Below, piece after piece: positions 48,562-57,476 of a stretch of 64,000 nucleotides of DNA. The first letter of the stretch is position 1. The number at the start of each line of letters is the position of its first letter. Made by a program: the position numbers and the translations under genes. The notes beneath the pieces are model-generated. The model saw only the letters and a program-made list of their open reading frames with translations, had not been told where the DNA came from and did no database searches. Origin of the DNA: an uncultured delta proteobacterium (lineage in GTDB: Bacteria > Desulfobacterota > Binatia > JACPRU01); assembly GCA_963745025.1 (NCBI GenBank), contig CAVUWD010000011.1, forward strand, positions 128,001 through 192,000, given 5' to 3'.

Positions 48562-50481
48562 ATGGGATCCAAAGGCTCTTGGGTTTCGCTCGCGCTGGCG
48601 GTACCGCTGGCGCTGGCGGCTCCCGCGCATGCCAAGCTCTCCAAAGGGGATCCGGCGCCGCCATTCGAGCTCACCAGCGTGGGCGGCGGTTCGGTGTCGT
48701 CGCAGACGCTGGCGCAGGGCGGCTTGGCGATTCTCACGTTCATCTCGCTCGACTCCAAGCCGTCGCGCGAGCTGGCCATCAATCTGGCGGGCCTTGCCAA
48801 GGATCATGAGAAGAAAGGCCTCACCGTGGTCGCCGTCGCCGCGGACAGCGCCGACAAGCTGAAGGAGTTCACTTCCGGACAGCAGCTCAGCTATTCGGTC
48901 TGCGCCGATCCATCCAAGGAAACGGTCAAGCGCTATGGCGCCGAGAACGTCGTGCCGATCACCTACTTGATCGCGCCGGGAGGTACGATCGCCGAGATCA
49001 TCCCCGGTGGGGGGGCCGGCGTGCAGCAGGTGCTGATCGCGGTCGCCGAGAAGGAATTCGCGCGTGGCAACACCTCTTCGGCGAGCCAACTCTATGCGCA
49101 GGTCGCCAAGGAGGACCCGAAGAACGTGAACGCGCGCGCCGGTCTCGGCTTCGCGTTGGCGAAGGAAGGCAAGCTCGAGCGCGCCGAGGAGGAGTTCAAG
49201 CGCCTCGAAGGCGCCGGAGCCGAGGGCGCCGCCGCGGCCTCGGAAGGGCTCGCCGAGGTGAAGCTGCGCAAGGGAGACCTCGACGGCGCGCTCACGCAGA
49301 TCGCCAAGGTGCCCCCCGACTCGAGCTACGGCCACGTAGTTCGCGGCGAGGTCGCCGCGCGTCGCGGCAATCTCGGCGAAGCGGCGAACCAATTCGAAGC
49401 GGCGACCACGGCGAAGCGTTCGACGTTCCCGTGGCAGCAAGGGGTCGCGTTCAACAACCTCGCCAACGTGTCGGGGCAGAAGGGAGACGCCGCGGCCGCC
49501 ATCAAGAGCTATGACAAGGCGATCAGCGCCGAGCCCTTCCTCGTCGAAGCGCGGAGCAACAAGGGCGCGGCGCTCCAGAAGGCCGGGCGCCTCGACGAAG
49601 CCAAGAAGACCCTCGCCTCGGCTCGAGCGATCGCTCCCTCGGATGAGCTCGTGGCGACGCTCCTCCGCCGCGTCGAGGAGCAGGAAAAGGCCAAGCTCGA
49701 CCTCGAGCGCGAAAAGCTGCAGAACCAGCTCGTCAACGAGCTCGTGGAGGCGTTTCGCAAGGGCAAGGCGGCGCCGCCTGCGGCCGACGACTGGTCACCC
49801 CGGGCTCTCGTGGTCTCGTTCCTCGACTTCCAGAACCGGCTCGGTCCGCTGGCACGCGAAGGTCTCGACGAGGCGTTCCTGTTGAACCTCACCCGGCGGC
49901 TCCAGGATTCCGGACGCCTCAAGGTCGTGGAGCGCGAGATCATCGACAAGCTGCTCTCCGAGCTGAAGCTCGGCTCGTCCGAGCTCGCCGACCCCTCCAC
50001 GCGGCTCAAGCTCGGCCGCGTGCTCGCGGCGTCGGTCATCGGCACCGGCGGCTTCTATCCGAACGACTCGAAGAGCGAGCTGCAGCTGCGGTTGATCGAC
50101 ACGGAGACGACCGACATTCGTTCGACCCTGGCGGACAACCTGAGCGATCCCGCGCAGGTCGCGACCTTCGCCGAACAGGTCGCGGACAAGATCGTCAAGA
50201 CGCTCAAGGCCGACTATCCTCTCAGGGGCAAGATCGCGTCGGTCGAGGGCGATGAGATCGTCGTCGGCGTCGGCCGCAAGCACGGCGCCCAGCAGGGACT
50301 CCGCTTCCGCGTGGTGGAAGACGGAGAGGCCGTCACGGTCGACGGCGAGGTGGTTGGTCACAAGCAGAAGACCGTCGGAACATTGGAAGTCACCAAAGTG
50401 GAGGACGGATTCGCCTACGCCAAGCCGGTCGATGGCGCGAGCTTCAAGAAGGATCAGCATCTGATCGAGGCCGCGCAGTGA
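48562..50481 (+). CDS. Exported protein: redoxin-fold domain lacking CxxC, TPR repeats, CsgG/TolB_N-like domain, FlgT-C-like beta domain
   Basis: AGGAGG SD; signal ending AHA; GDPAPPFEL...FISLDSKPS; LKVVERE...LKLGRVL. Confidence 0.78.
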   Translation: MGSKGSWVSLALAVPLALAAPAHAKLSKGDPAPPFELTSVGGGSVSSQTLAQGGLAILTFISLDSKPSRELAINLAGLAKDHEKKGLTVVAVAADSADKLKEFTSGQQLSYSVCADPSKETVKRYGAENVVPITYLIAPGGTIAEIIPGGGAGVQQVLIAVAEKEFARGNTSSASQLYAQVAKEDPKNVNARAGLGFALAKEGKLERAEEEFKRLEGAGAEGAAAASEGLAEVKLRKGDLDGALTQIAKVPPDSSYGHVVRGEVAARRGNLGEAANQFEAATTAKRSTFPWQQGVAFNNLANVSGQKGDAAAAIKSYDKAISAEPFLVEARSNKGAALQKAGRLDEAKKTLASARAIAPSDELVATLLRRVEEQEKAKLDLEREKLQNQLVNELVEAFRKGKAAPPAADDWSPRALVVSFLDFQNRLGPLAREGLDEAFLLNLTRRLQDSGRLKVVEREIIDKLLSELKLGSSELADPSTRLKLGRVLAASVIGTGGFYPNDSKSELQLRLIDTETTDIRSTLADNLSDPAQVATFAEQVADKIVKTLKADYPLRGKIASVEGDEIVVGVGRKHGAQQGLRFRVVEDGEAVTVDGEVVGHKQKTVGTLEVTKVEDGFAYAKPVDGASFKKDQHLIEAAQ

Positions 50482-50503
50482 ACGCAGACCCTCGAGGAAC
50501 GGC

Positions 50504-51244
50504 ATGAGAGCCGCTCTTCGCTCCCTACTGGTGGTGGTGAGCGTGAGCGGCTGGCTCGGAGCCTGCTCGACGGCGTCGAAAACGACGTCGGCTCCGCCCG
50601 CTCCGCCCGCTCCGCCGCCGAGCCTGCGGCGCCAGACCGTCGCGGTGTTTCCGTTCGCAAACGACGGAGTGGCCGGGCATGAACGGCTCGACTTTTTGCG
50701 CGATTGGCTCGCCGATTCGTTGGGGGCCTCGCTGCAGACATCCGGGGAGCTGCGAGTCGTCGAGCGGCGCGAGCTTCTCAAGATTCTCCAGGAGCAAAAG
50801 CTCGGGTCGTCCGCGCTCGCCTCGAAAGAGGGCCGCCTGGAGCTCGGAAAGATCGCCGGCGCCCAGACGCTGATCTTCGGCAATTTCGCCGCCGTCGGCG
50901 ACGGCCTGCAGATCAGCGCGCGCATCGTCGACGTCGAGAGCGGGGTGATTCTCAAATCATCGAGCGTGCACGGAAGCGTCGACTCGGCACGCGCGCTCGG
51001 AGAGGATCTGTCACGGCGCCTCGCGCACGACCTGGGCATCTCCATCGCGCGCGCGGCGCAGGCTTCGGGCGTGGCGGACGACCGCGCGCTGGCCGAAGCG
51101 GAGCTCTTCTACCAGGGGATGCGCCTCGAGAAGCAGGGAGAGAGCGATCGGGCGATCGAAAGCTACCGTCAGGCGTTGGCGATCGACCCCAACGACCGTG
51201 AGGCAAAAGAGCGCTTGCGGAAGTTGCTCAGTGCTTCGCACTGA
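50504..51244 (+). CDS. CsgG/HfaB/TolB_N-like lipoprotein with C-terminal TPR
   Basis: Lipobox LGAC; VAVFPFAN...LRVVERREL...LGKIAGA...ARIVDVESG. Confidence 0.82.
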   Translation: MRAALRSLLVVVSVSGWLGACSTASKTTSAPPAPPAPPPSLRRQTVAVFPFANDGVAGHERLDFLRDWLADSLGASLQTSGELRVVERRELLKILQEQKLGSSALASKEGRLELGKIAGAQTLIFGNFAAVGDGLQISARIVDVESGVILKSSSVHGSVDSARALGEDLSRRLAHDLGISIARAAQASGVADDRALAEAELFYQGMRLEKQGESDRAIESYRQALAIDPNDREAKERLRKLLSASH

Positions 51245-51277
51245 GGATATGTAACCGGCACCTCGGCAAGTAGCGGG

Positions 51278-51976
51278 ATGGCCACCGTGACTCTATACGC
51301 GCGAACCGACATTGGGCTCGTCCGCACCAACAACGAGGACAGCTATTTCACCGATCCCGAGCGATGCTTGGCGATCGTCGCCGACGGCATGGGCGGACAC
51401 GCCGGGGGCGAGGTGGCGAGCAAGATCGCGGTCGACACCATTTCCGAAGAGCTGAAGGGTCCAGGCTCGATCTGGCCTTTCGGACGCACGCAGCGCGAGC
51501 GAAATCGGATCGTCGAGTCGATCCGGCTGGCGAATCGGCGCGTTCGGGACGCGGCCCAGCAAGACACCTCGCTGACGGGCATGGGAACCACCGTCGTGGT
51601 CCTGTGGGTCCACGGCCGACGAGCTCACGTGGCCCACGTCGGCGATAGCCGCATCTACCGCTATCGCAGGGGAGGTCTCGTGCAGCTCACGCGAGACCAT
51701 TCTTGGCCTTCGGAAGAAGCGTCGATGCGGAACGTCTTGACGCGCGCGGTCGGCGCGGAGGACAATGTCGAGGTCGATCACCGCACGCTGGACGTGGTGT
51801 CCGGGGACATCTTTCTGCTCTGCTCCGACGGCTTGACGCGTCCGGTCGGAGACGACGGCATCGTGCGCGCGCTTCGGGATTTCAAGAACGGCGAGGAGGC
51901 GAGTCAGCGGCTGGTCGATCTCGCCAAAGAAAAGGGCGCGCCCGACAACGTGACGGTCGTGCTCGCGTACTGCTGA
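51278..51976 (+). CDS. PP2C (PrpC/Stp1-type) Ser/Thr phosphatase
   Basis: TDIGLVRTNNED, VADGMGGH, HVGDSR, LCSDGL, DNVT. Confidence 0.94.
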   Translation: MATVTLYARTDIGLVRTNNEDSYFTDPERCLAIVADGMGGHAGGEVASKIAVDTISEELKGPGSIWPFGRTQRERNRIVESIRLANRRVRDAAQQDTSLTGMGTTVVVLWVHGRRAHVAHVGDSRIYRYRRGGLVQLTRDHSWPSEEASMRNVLTRAVGAEDNVEVDHRTLDVVSGDIFLLCSDGLTRPVGDDGIVRALRDFKNGEEASQRLVDLAKEKGAPDNVTVVLAYC

Positions 51977-52704
51977 TGGCGAACCTGCCGTACTTTCAAG
52001 TCGAGGTCGGCGCCGAGCGTCAGCGATTCGAGATGCCCGAGGCGGAGCCGGAGGTGGTCGTCGGCCGGGCAACCGGCTGCCACTGGATCATCGCGTCGGG
52101 GGCCGTATCGCGCCGACATGCTCGGCTCGTCCGCCACGGTAGCGAGATCACGATCGAAGACCTCGGCAGCTCCAACGGGACGTTCGTCAACGGCGAACGG
52201 CTGAGCGCGCCGCGCGAGCTGCGCGATCAGGACCGCGTGCAGCTCGGCGCGGTCGAGATTCGCTTCGTGATGCCGCCAGAGGAGCCGAGTGCCGATGCGA
52301 CGATCGCGCTGAGCGCCCTGCCCAAGATCGCACCGGTGGCGCCGCCACCGACCACGCAACCCGTCGAGACCAAAACGGCGGGCGAGGCACCGGTCACAAG
52401 CGGTAGAGGAATCAGGACGCACACCCCGCCGGCGCCCCCGCCCCCCGCACCGATCCCGGAAGAGCTCCCCGCGGAGCTTCCGACTGCGACGCGGGCAGCC
52501 GAGACGCCCCCACCGCCGGAGCACGCTCGCGCGTCGCTGCCCGTTCCAGCTCCGGCGTCGCCCAGCGAGCGCTCGAAGTGGTCCGGTGCGTTTCTGGGAG
52601 GAGACGGCTCGAAACCGACGATCGCGGAGCTAGCCATCATCGCGGGAGGCAGCTTCCTGCTGGTGTTCGTGATCGGCGCTCTACTGATTCGATTCGTGTT
52701 CTGA
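51976..52704 (+). CDS. FHA-domain protein with Pro-rich linker and C-terminal TM anchor
   Basis: Start overlaps the PP2C stop (TGATG); VGRATGC...VSRRHA...DLGSSNGT. Confidence 0.88.
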   Translation: MANLPYFQVEVGAERQRFEMPEAEPEVVVGRATGCHWIIASGAVSRRHARLVRHGSEITIEDLGSSNGTFVNGERLSAPRELRDQDRVQLGAVEIRFVMPPEEPSADATIALSALPKIAPVAPPPTTQPVETKTAGEAPVTSGRGIRTHTPPAPPPPAPIPEELPAELPTATRAAETPPPPEHARASLPVPAPASPSERSKWSGAFLGGDGSKPTIAELAIIAGGSFLLVFVIGALLIRFVF

Positions 52705-52962
52705 CCTTCGAGCGAAATGAATCGAATGCTCGGAACGCGTCGAGCCCGCCCCTAGCGTAGCCGCGTCGCGAGCGCCCTCGGGATTCACTCGCGTTGCGGT
52801 CCGCAGCTTTGCCCGAAGAACCTTTCGTCCTCCGCTACCCTGGTCTTCGGCAAACGAGATTGCTCTCGTCCGCCGCCCGGGTCTCTATGGAAGTGAACCG
52901 ACGACTCTTCCAGCGGAACTCTCATCCGCTGGGCACCTGCGCCTTCGTAGCGCACTTTCGCT

Positions 52963-54051
52963 TCAAGGCCAGGCAAACGCGGCGTTGGCGATCTCGACCG
53001 CGGAAAGCACCTCGAAGCGCGCCTTGCCGATCGCTTCGAGACCAACGAACTTGATCTTACCCCCGCCGGCTTTCTTGTCCACCTCGACCGCGAGAGCCAG
53101 TTGATCGGCAGAGAGGTCGGAGGGAACCGCGGTCGGCAAGCCGAGACGGCGCAGCAACCCTTCGATTCGCTCCACGTCGGATCGCGGAAGCCACCCCAGC
53201 ACCTGCGATAGCCGCGCGGCACGAACCATCCCGATCGCGACCGCCTCGCCGTGCAGCAGTCGACGGTATTCGGTCAAGGCCTCGATTGCGTGGCCGAGCG
53301 TGTGGCCGAAATTGAGAATCGCTCGGTAGTCGCCTTCCCGCTCGTCCCGTTCGACGACCGTCACCTTCAGCCGGCAGGAGGTCGCGACGACCTCGCTCAG
53401 CAACGGCTCATCCTGACGAAGCACGGCGGGCACGTTGCGGTCGAGGCGAGCGAACAACTCGGCGTCCAGAATCGCGCCGTATTTCACCACTTCCGCCAGT
53501 CCGGCGACGTATTCGCGGCGCGCAAGACTCTTCAACGTATCGATGTCGATCGCCACCAGACGTGGCTGGTGGAAGGCGCCGATGAGATTCTTGCCGGATG
53601 CGTGGTTGATGCCCGTCTTGCCGCCGATCGAAGCATCGACTTGCGCCAGCAGCGTGGTGGGCACTTGGACGAAGGGTACACCGCGAAGGACGGTTGCCGC
53701 GGCGAATCCGGCGAGATCGCCGACCACGCCCCCGCCGACGGCCACGATCGGCGACGAGCGCTCGATGTGCGCCTCGATCAACCGATCGTAGACGAGCGCG
53801 AGCCACGCGAGGTTCTTGTGTTGCTCTCCCTCGGGGATCTGAATTTCGGCTACCGCGAAGTCGGCGGCCCGAAGCGAGGCGGCGACGGCCGGCACGTAGA
53901 GCGGTGCCACCCGCGAATCGCTGATCACGACCGCACGAATCGCCTGGCCGCCGACCGCCGCTCGCACGCGAGCGCCGATTCCGTCGAGCCAACCGGCGCC
54001 GATCAAGATCGGATAGGAACGGTCCCCGAGCGAGACGCGGATCTCCTGCAC
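52963..54051 (-). CDS. aroB: 3-dehydroquinate synthase
   Basis: GEQHK, GGGVVGDLAGF, PTTLLAQVDASIGGKTG, LNFGHTLGHA, HGEAV. Confidence 0.96.
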   Translation of the reverse strand: MQEIRVSLGDRSYPILIGAGWLDGIGARVRAAVGGQAIRAVVISDSRVAPLYVPAVAASLRAADFAVAEIQIPEGEQHKNLAWLALVYDRLIEAHIERSSPIVAVGGGVVGDLAGFAAATVLRGVPFVQVPTTLLAQVDASIGGKTGINHASGKNLIGAFHQPRLVAIDIDTLKSLARREYVAGLAEVVKYGAILDAELFARLDRNVPAVLRQDEPLLSEVVATSCRLKVTVVERDEREGDYRAILNFGHTLGHAIEALTEYRRLLHGEAVAIGMVRAARLSQVLGWLPRSDVERIEGLLRRLGLPTAVPSDLSADQLALAVEVDKKAGGGKIKFVGLEAIGKARFEVLSAVEIANAAFAWP

Positions 54052-54056
54052 GATCG

Positions 54057-54596
54057 CTACCTCGAAGAATTCCGGATTGGTAAGACTCGCGCGCCGGCCA
54101 GCCACTCGACGATCGCGTCGGCGACCTCCTCGGGGCTTCTTCGCGAGGTGTCGATGATCAGATCGGCATCGCCGTACGCTCCGGCGCGTTCGCCGAGCAG
54201 GCTCCGGATCCGCGCCTCGCGGCCATTCGCATCGGCGAGCAGCGGGCGATCGCGGCCGCTTCCGAGCCGACCGAGGATCGTATCGGGATCGGCCGTCAGG
54301 CAGACGAGCGTTCCCGAAGCCCGCATCGCGGCGCGGTTTCGGGAATCCACCACCGCGCCCCCGCCCGTTGCGATCACGGCGCTCTCGAGCGCGCACAATC
54401 GCTCCAGCGTTCGACGCTCCCGCGCGCGGAACTCCGCCTCGCCGAGGCGGTCGAAGATGTCGGCGACGCTCATTCCCGCCTCACGCTCGATCTCCACGTC
54501 GGCGTCGAGGAACGGCATGCCAAGACGCCGCGCCAGCCAACGCCCGACGAGGGTCTTCCCGGTCGCCATGAAGCCCGTGAGGAAGACGTTGTTCAT
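54057..54596 (-). CDS. aroK: Shikimate kinase
   Basis: GFMATGKT, GEAEFR, ATGGG, RPLL. Confidence 0.95.
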   Translation of the reverse strand: MNNVFLTGFMATGKTLVGRWLARRLGMPFLDADVEIEREAGMSVADIFDRLGEAEFRARERRTLERLCALESAVIATGGGAVVDSRNRAAMRASGTLVCLTADPDTILGRLGSGRDRPLLADANGREARIRSLLGERAGAYGDADLIIDTSRRSPEEVADAIVEWLAGARVLPIRNSSR

Positions 54597-54620
54597 GGAC
54601 GGACGTCCGCGCCGCTCGTC

Positions 54621-55784
54621 CTAGTAGCGACGGACCTGATCGAGATAGCCCTGGTAGTTCCGTCGGATCTCGAGCAGCGAGTCGCCGCCGAACTTCTCGA
54701 GAAACACGCGAGCGAGCTCGAAGGCGACGACGCTTTCGGCGATCACGGCCGCGGCCGGGATGGCGCACACGTCCGAGCGCTCGATCGCCCCAACCGCCTC
54801 GCGCTTCGAACGCAGGTCGACGGAGTGGAGCGGGCTCATCAGCGTCGAGAGCGGCTTGAACGCGACGCGGACGGTAAGCGGCGCGCCGCTCGTCATGCCG
54901 CCCTCCGTGCCGCCGGCATTGTTGGTGCGCCGCACGAACTCTTGGCTGCGCTCGTCGAAGAAGATCTCGTCGTGCACCTGCGATCCGGGCAAGCGCGCCA
55001 TGCGGAAGCCGAGCCCGATCTCGACGCCCTTGGCGGACTGCAGGCTGAGAAGCGCTCCACCGAGCCGACCGTCGATCTTGCGGTCGTAGTGGGCGTAGCT
55101 GCCGAGTCCGGGGGGTAGCCCGGTCGCCACGACCTCCACCACTCCGCCGAGCGTGTCGCCGCGCTCCTTCGACTGATCGATCGCGGCGATGATCCGCTGC
55201 TCGGCGGCGGCGTCGGCGACGCGGACGGCAGACGACTCGGCGCGCTCGAACACTTCTTCGGCGGCCAGGCGCGAATGGTCGGCCGCCACGGAGCCGATCT
55301 CCGCGACCCAGCCCATCACGCGAATGCCGAACGGCGAGAGCAGCTGCTTCGCCAGAGCGCCGACGGCCACACGGGTGGTCGTTTCGCGCGCGCTCGCCCG
55401 CTCCAAGACGTTCCGCACGTCGTCGTGGTTGTACTTGAGGACGCCGGCGAGGTCGGCATGACCGGGTCGAGGCCGCGTCACCGCGACGCTCGGGTCACGA
55501 TCGGCGGCTTCGGCAGACATTTTCTTCTGCCAGTTCTTCCAATCCCGGTTCTCGATCACCAGCGTGATCGGCGAACCCAGGGTTTCGCCCCAGCGGATTC
55601 CCGATTTGACGCCCGCCTCGTCCTTTTCGATCGCCATCCGCCCGCCGCGGCCGTATCCTTGCTGCCGGCGCCACAGGTCATGATTGATCGCGCCGACGTC
55701 GATCGGGAACCCTGCGGGGAGGCCCTCGACGATCGCCGTCAGGCACGGCCCGTGGGACTCTCCGGCGGTAAAGAAGCGAAGCAT
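54621..55784 (-). CDS. aroC: Chorismate synthase
   Basis: TAGESHG, RRQQGYGRGGRM, RPGHAD, ERASARET, RSDVCA. Confidence 0.96.
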   Translation of the reverse strand: MLRFFTAGESHGPCLTAIVEGLPAGFPIDVGAINHDLWRRQQGYGRGGRMAIEKDEAGVKSGIRWGETLGSPITLVIENRDWKNWQKKMSAEAADRDPSVAVTRPRPGHADLAGVLKYNHDDVRNVLERASARETTTRVAVGALAKQLLSPFGIRVMGWVAEIGSVAADHSRLAAEEVFERAESSAVRVADAAAEQRIIAAIDQSKERGDTLGGVVEVVATGLPPGLGSYAHYDRKIDGRLGGALLSLQSAKGVEIGLGFRMARLPGSQVHDEIFFDERSQEFVRRTNNAGGTEGGMTSGAPLTVRVAFKPLSTLMSPLHSVDLRSKREAVGAIERSDVCAIPAAAVIAESVVAFELARVFLEKFGGDSLLEIRRNYQGYLDQVRRY

Positions 55785-55898
55785 GGGGAACTTCACTGTC
55801 TAACGAAATCCAGCAAGCAAGACAAACCAGCAGATGGCCTCCATGCCTTCCATGCCTTCCGTCTCTGCCATGTCACGAGCGTGCGCCGTGATCACAGC

Positions 55899-55963
55899 GG
55901 TCGAGCTTCCGGTCGAGCCGTACTCGGGTCGACCGGAAGCTCGACCCACCGCGCGGAGCGCGG
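55899..55963 (-). repeat. 65-bp double-hairpin element, copy D
   Basis: Arms 55899-55920 and 55925-55946 around TACT (1 mismatch), CA, CCGCGC-GGA-GCGCGG. Confidence 0.9.
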
Positions 55964-55996
55964 AAGGCAATGCCCAACGGCGCGACGCGAGCCGTT

Positions 55997-56061
55997 CCGC
56001 GATTCGCGCGGTTGCGCTTGTTGGTGTTCGAACCGAGTACGGCTCGAACACCAACAAGCGC
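55997..56061 (+). repeat. 65-bp double-hairpin element, copy E (inverted relative to D)
   Basis: CCGCGA-TTC-GCGCGG, TT, arms 56014-56035 and 56040-56061 around AGTA (1 mismatch). Confidence 0.9.
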
Positions 56062-56132
56062 GCTGATCATTCTGCGACGGTTTTGCGGAGTTCCTGCAAG
56101 AACTGCAGGCCTTACCCTGCGGGCTCTTCGCG

Positions 56133-57458
56133 TCACGAGCGCGGAGACGGCGTGGGCCTCTGACCTTCCGCGCGAACCGGCTCGCCTGCCGGTGGACGAA
56201 GCGGCGCGGAGCCATCGGAAATGCGGGTTGGCGTCGCCCGCTTCTCCGCGATCGCCGCCTCGAGGAGCTCCCAATCGACCTGCCTTGACCAGCCCCTCGC
56301 GGCGAGCAAGCGCAACGTCTCGCCGACGTAGTCGAATCCACTCTGGTAGATGTCGGGGTGCACCTCTACGTAGATCTCACCGTCGCGCTCACCGAGCTTC
56401 AGCGGCTGATAGACGAACTGCCCGATGGTCCCGACGTTCACCATCGCGAAGAGTCGCTCGATGTCTTCCGGATAGAGGCGGATGCAGCCATGCGTCACCT
56501 GCATCCCGATCCCCCATGGGATGTTGGTACCGTGAATCCCGTAGAGCGGCAGATTCAGGCGCAGGCGATAGCGGCCGAGCGGGTTCTCGGGATCGCCTCC
56601 GGGAATCATCGCGCGGGCATCGTTGCGCTCGCGGATGTGCTCCGCCCGGATACTCTCGGGAATCAGCCAAGGCGGATCGACGGCCTTTTCCGTGACCTTG
56701 AAGCGCTCGATAGGGGTTCGCCAGTCGTCGCGCCCGAGTCCGACTGGATAGGTGATGACGGTGCCCGGACTCGCGGATGGAAAGTAGTAGATCCGCATCT
56801 CCGGAATGTTGATGACCAGACCCCGGTAGTCGCTCTCGGGGAGTACCCACCAGGTCGGGAACTCGAGGGTCTCCCCGACCGGCGGCGCGAGGAAATCGAG
56901 ATTAGGAAAGGCCTCCGCCACCTGGTTGATGCCGAGCCCGAGGTGGCGAGCCGCCTCGTAGACCGTCTTCCCTTCGGGGAGCGTATACGGGGTCGGGTTG
57001 CCGATCACCGTTGCGAGACTGCGCTCGTCGAGCGAAAACGTGTGAGCGACCACCGGCCGCGGCGGAAAATCGGCCTCGCTCCAGTCGAAGCCCGGCATCG
57101 CGGTCAACGGGCTTCGGCGCGCAGGCGGCGCCTCGAGGTCAGCCGGAGGCTTCTGCTCCTGGTCCGGAGCGAAGACTTCGACCTGCGGCTCGCCTGCCAG
57201 CTCTGCCTCCGACACGCACTTGCGGTGGCGCAGGACGTACCCGCGCTCGCAGCTCCACATTCCGTAGCCGAAGCCGACCTCGACGGCATGCGGAGGCAAA
57301 TCCGAAGAAGCCTCCCTCGCCTCGGCGAGCCGTCGCTTCTTGACCGTCGGGGCGCATCCCCAGGCGATCGCGGCCGCAATGAAGGCGGCGACCAGCGCTG
57401 CCCACGGGGGGCGGGCCGCGGCATGACAACAAGCCTTCGTGTCGCTCACGATGCGCAC
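56133..57458 (-). CDS. L,D-transpeptidase (ErfK/YcfS-like), probable lipoprotein; start uncertain
   Basis: VINIPEMRIY, YPVGLG, NPLG, YGIHGT...THGCIRL catalytic motif; AWGC lipobox-like. Confidence 0.9.
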   Translation of the reverse strand: MRIVSDTKACCHAAARPPWAALVAAFIAAAIAWGCAPTVKKRRLAEAREASSDLPPHAVEVGFGYGMWSCERGYVLRHRKCVSEAELAGEPQVEVFAPDQEQKPPADLEAPPARRSPLTAMPGFDWSEADFPPRPVVAHTFSLDERSLATVIGNPTPYTLPEGKTVYEAARHLGLGINQVAEAFPNLDFLAPPVGETLEFPTWWVLPESDYRGLVINIPEMRIYYFPSASPGTVITYPVGLGRDDWRTPIERFKVTEKAVDPPWLIPESIRAEHIRERNDARAMIPGGDPENPLGRYRLRLNLPLYGIHGTNIPWGIGMQVTHGCIRLYPEDIERLFAMVNVGTIGQFVYQPLKLGERDGEIYVEVHPDIYQSGFDYVGETLRLLAARGWSRQVDWELLEAAIAEKRATPTRISDGSAPLRPPAGEPVRAEGQRPTPSPRS

Positions 57459-57476
57459 AGATGCTACCCAGGTCTA

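Noticed and set aside
52705-52962. 258-bp interval between convergent FHA and aroB genes as possible ncRNA or REP
   Set aside because: No long stem or second copy could be identified by eye.
55899-56061. Hairpins as ordinary intrinsic terminators
   Set aside because: Stems are 22 bp with a shared apex and partner mini-hairpin, mostly lack U tails, and A/B lie between divergent genes.
56358-57476. N-terminal 373 aa of the 579-aa plus-strand ORF
   Set aside because: Antisense to the L,D-transpeptidase; only the C-terminal HExxH part is credible.
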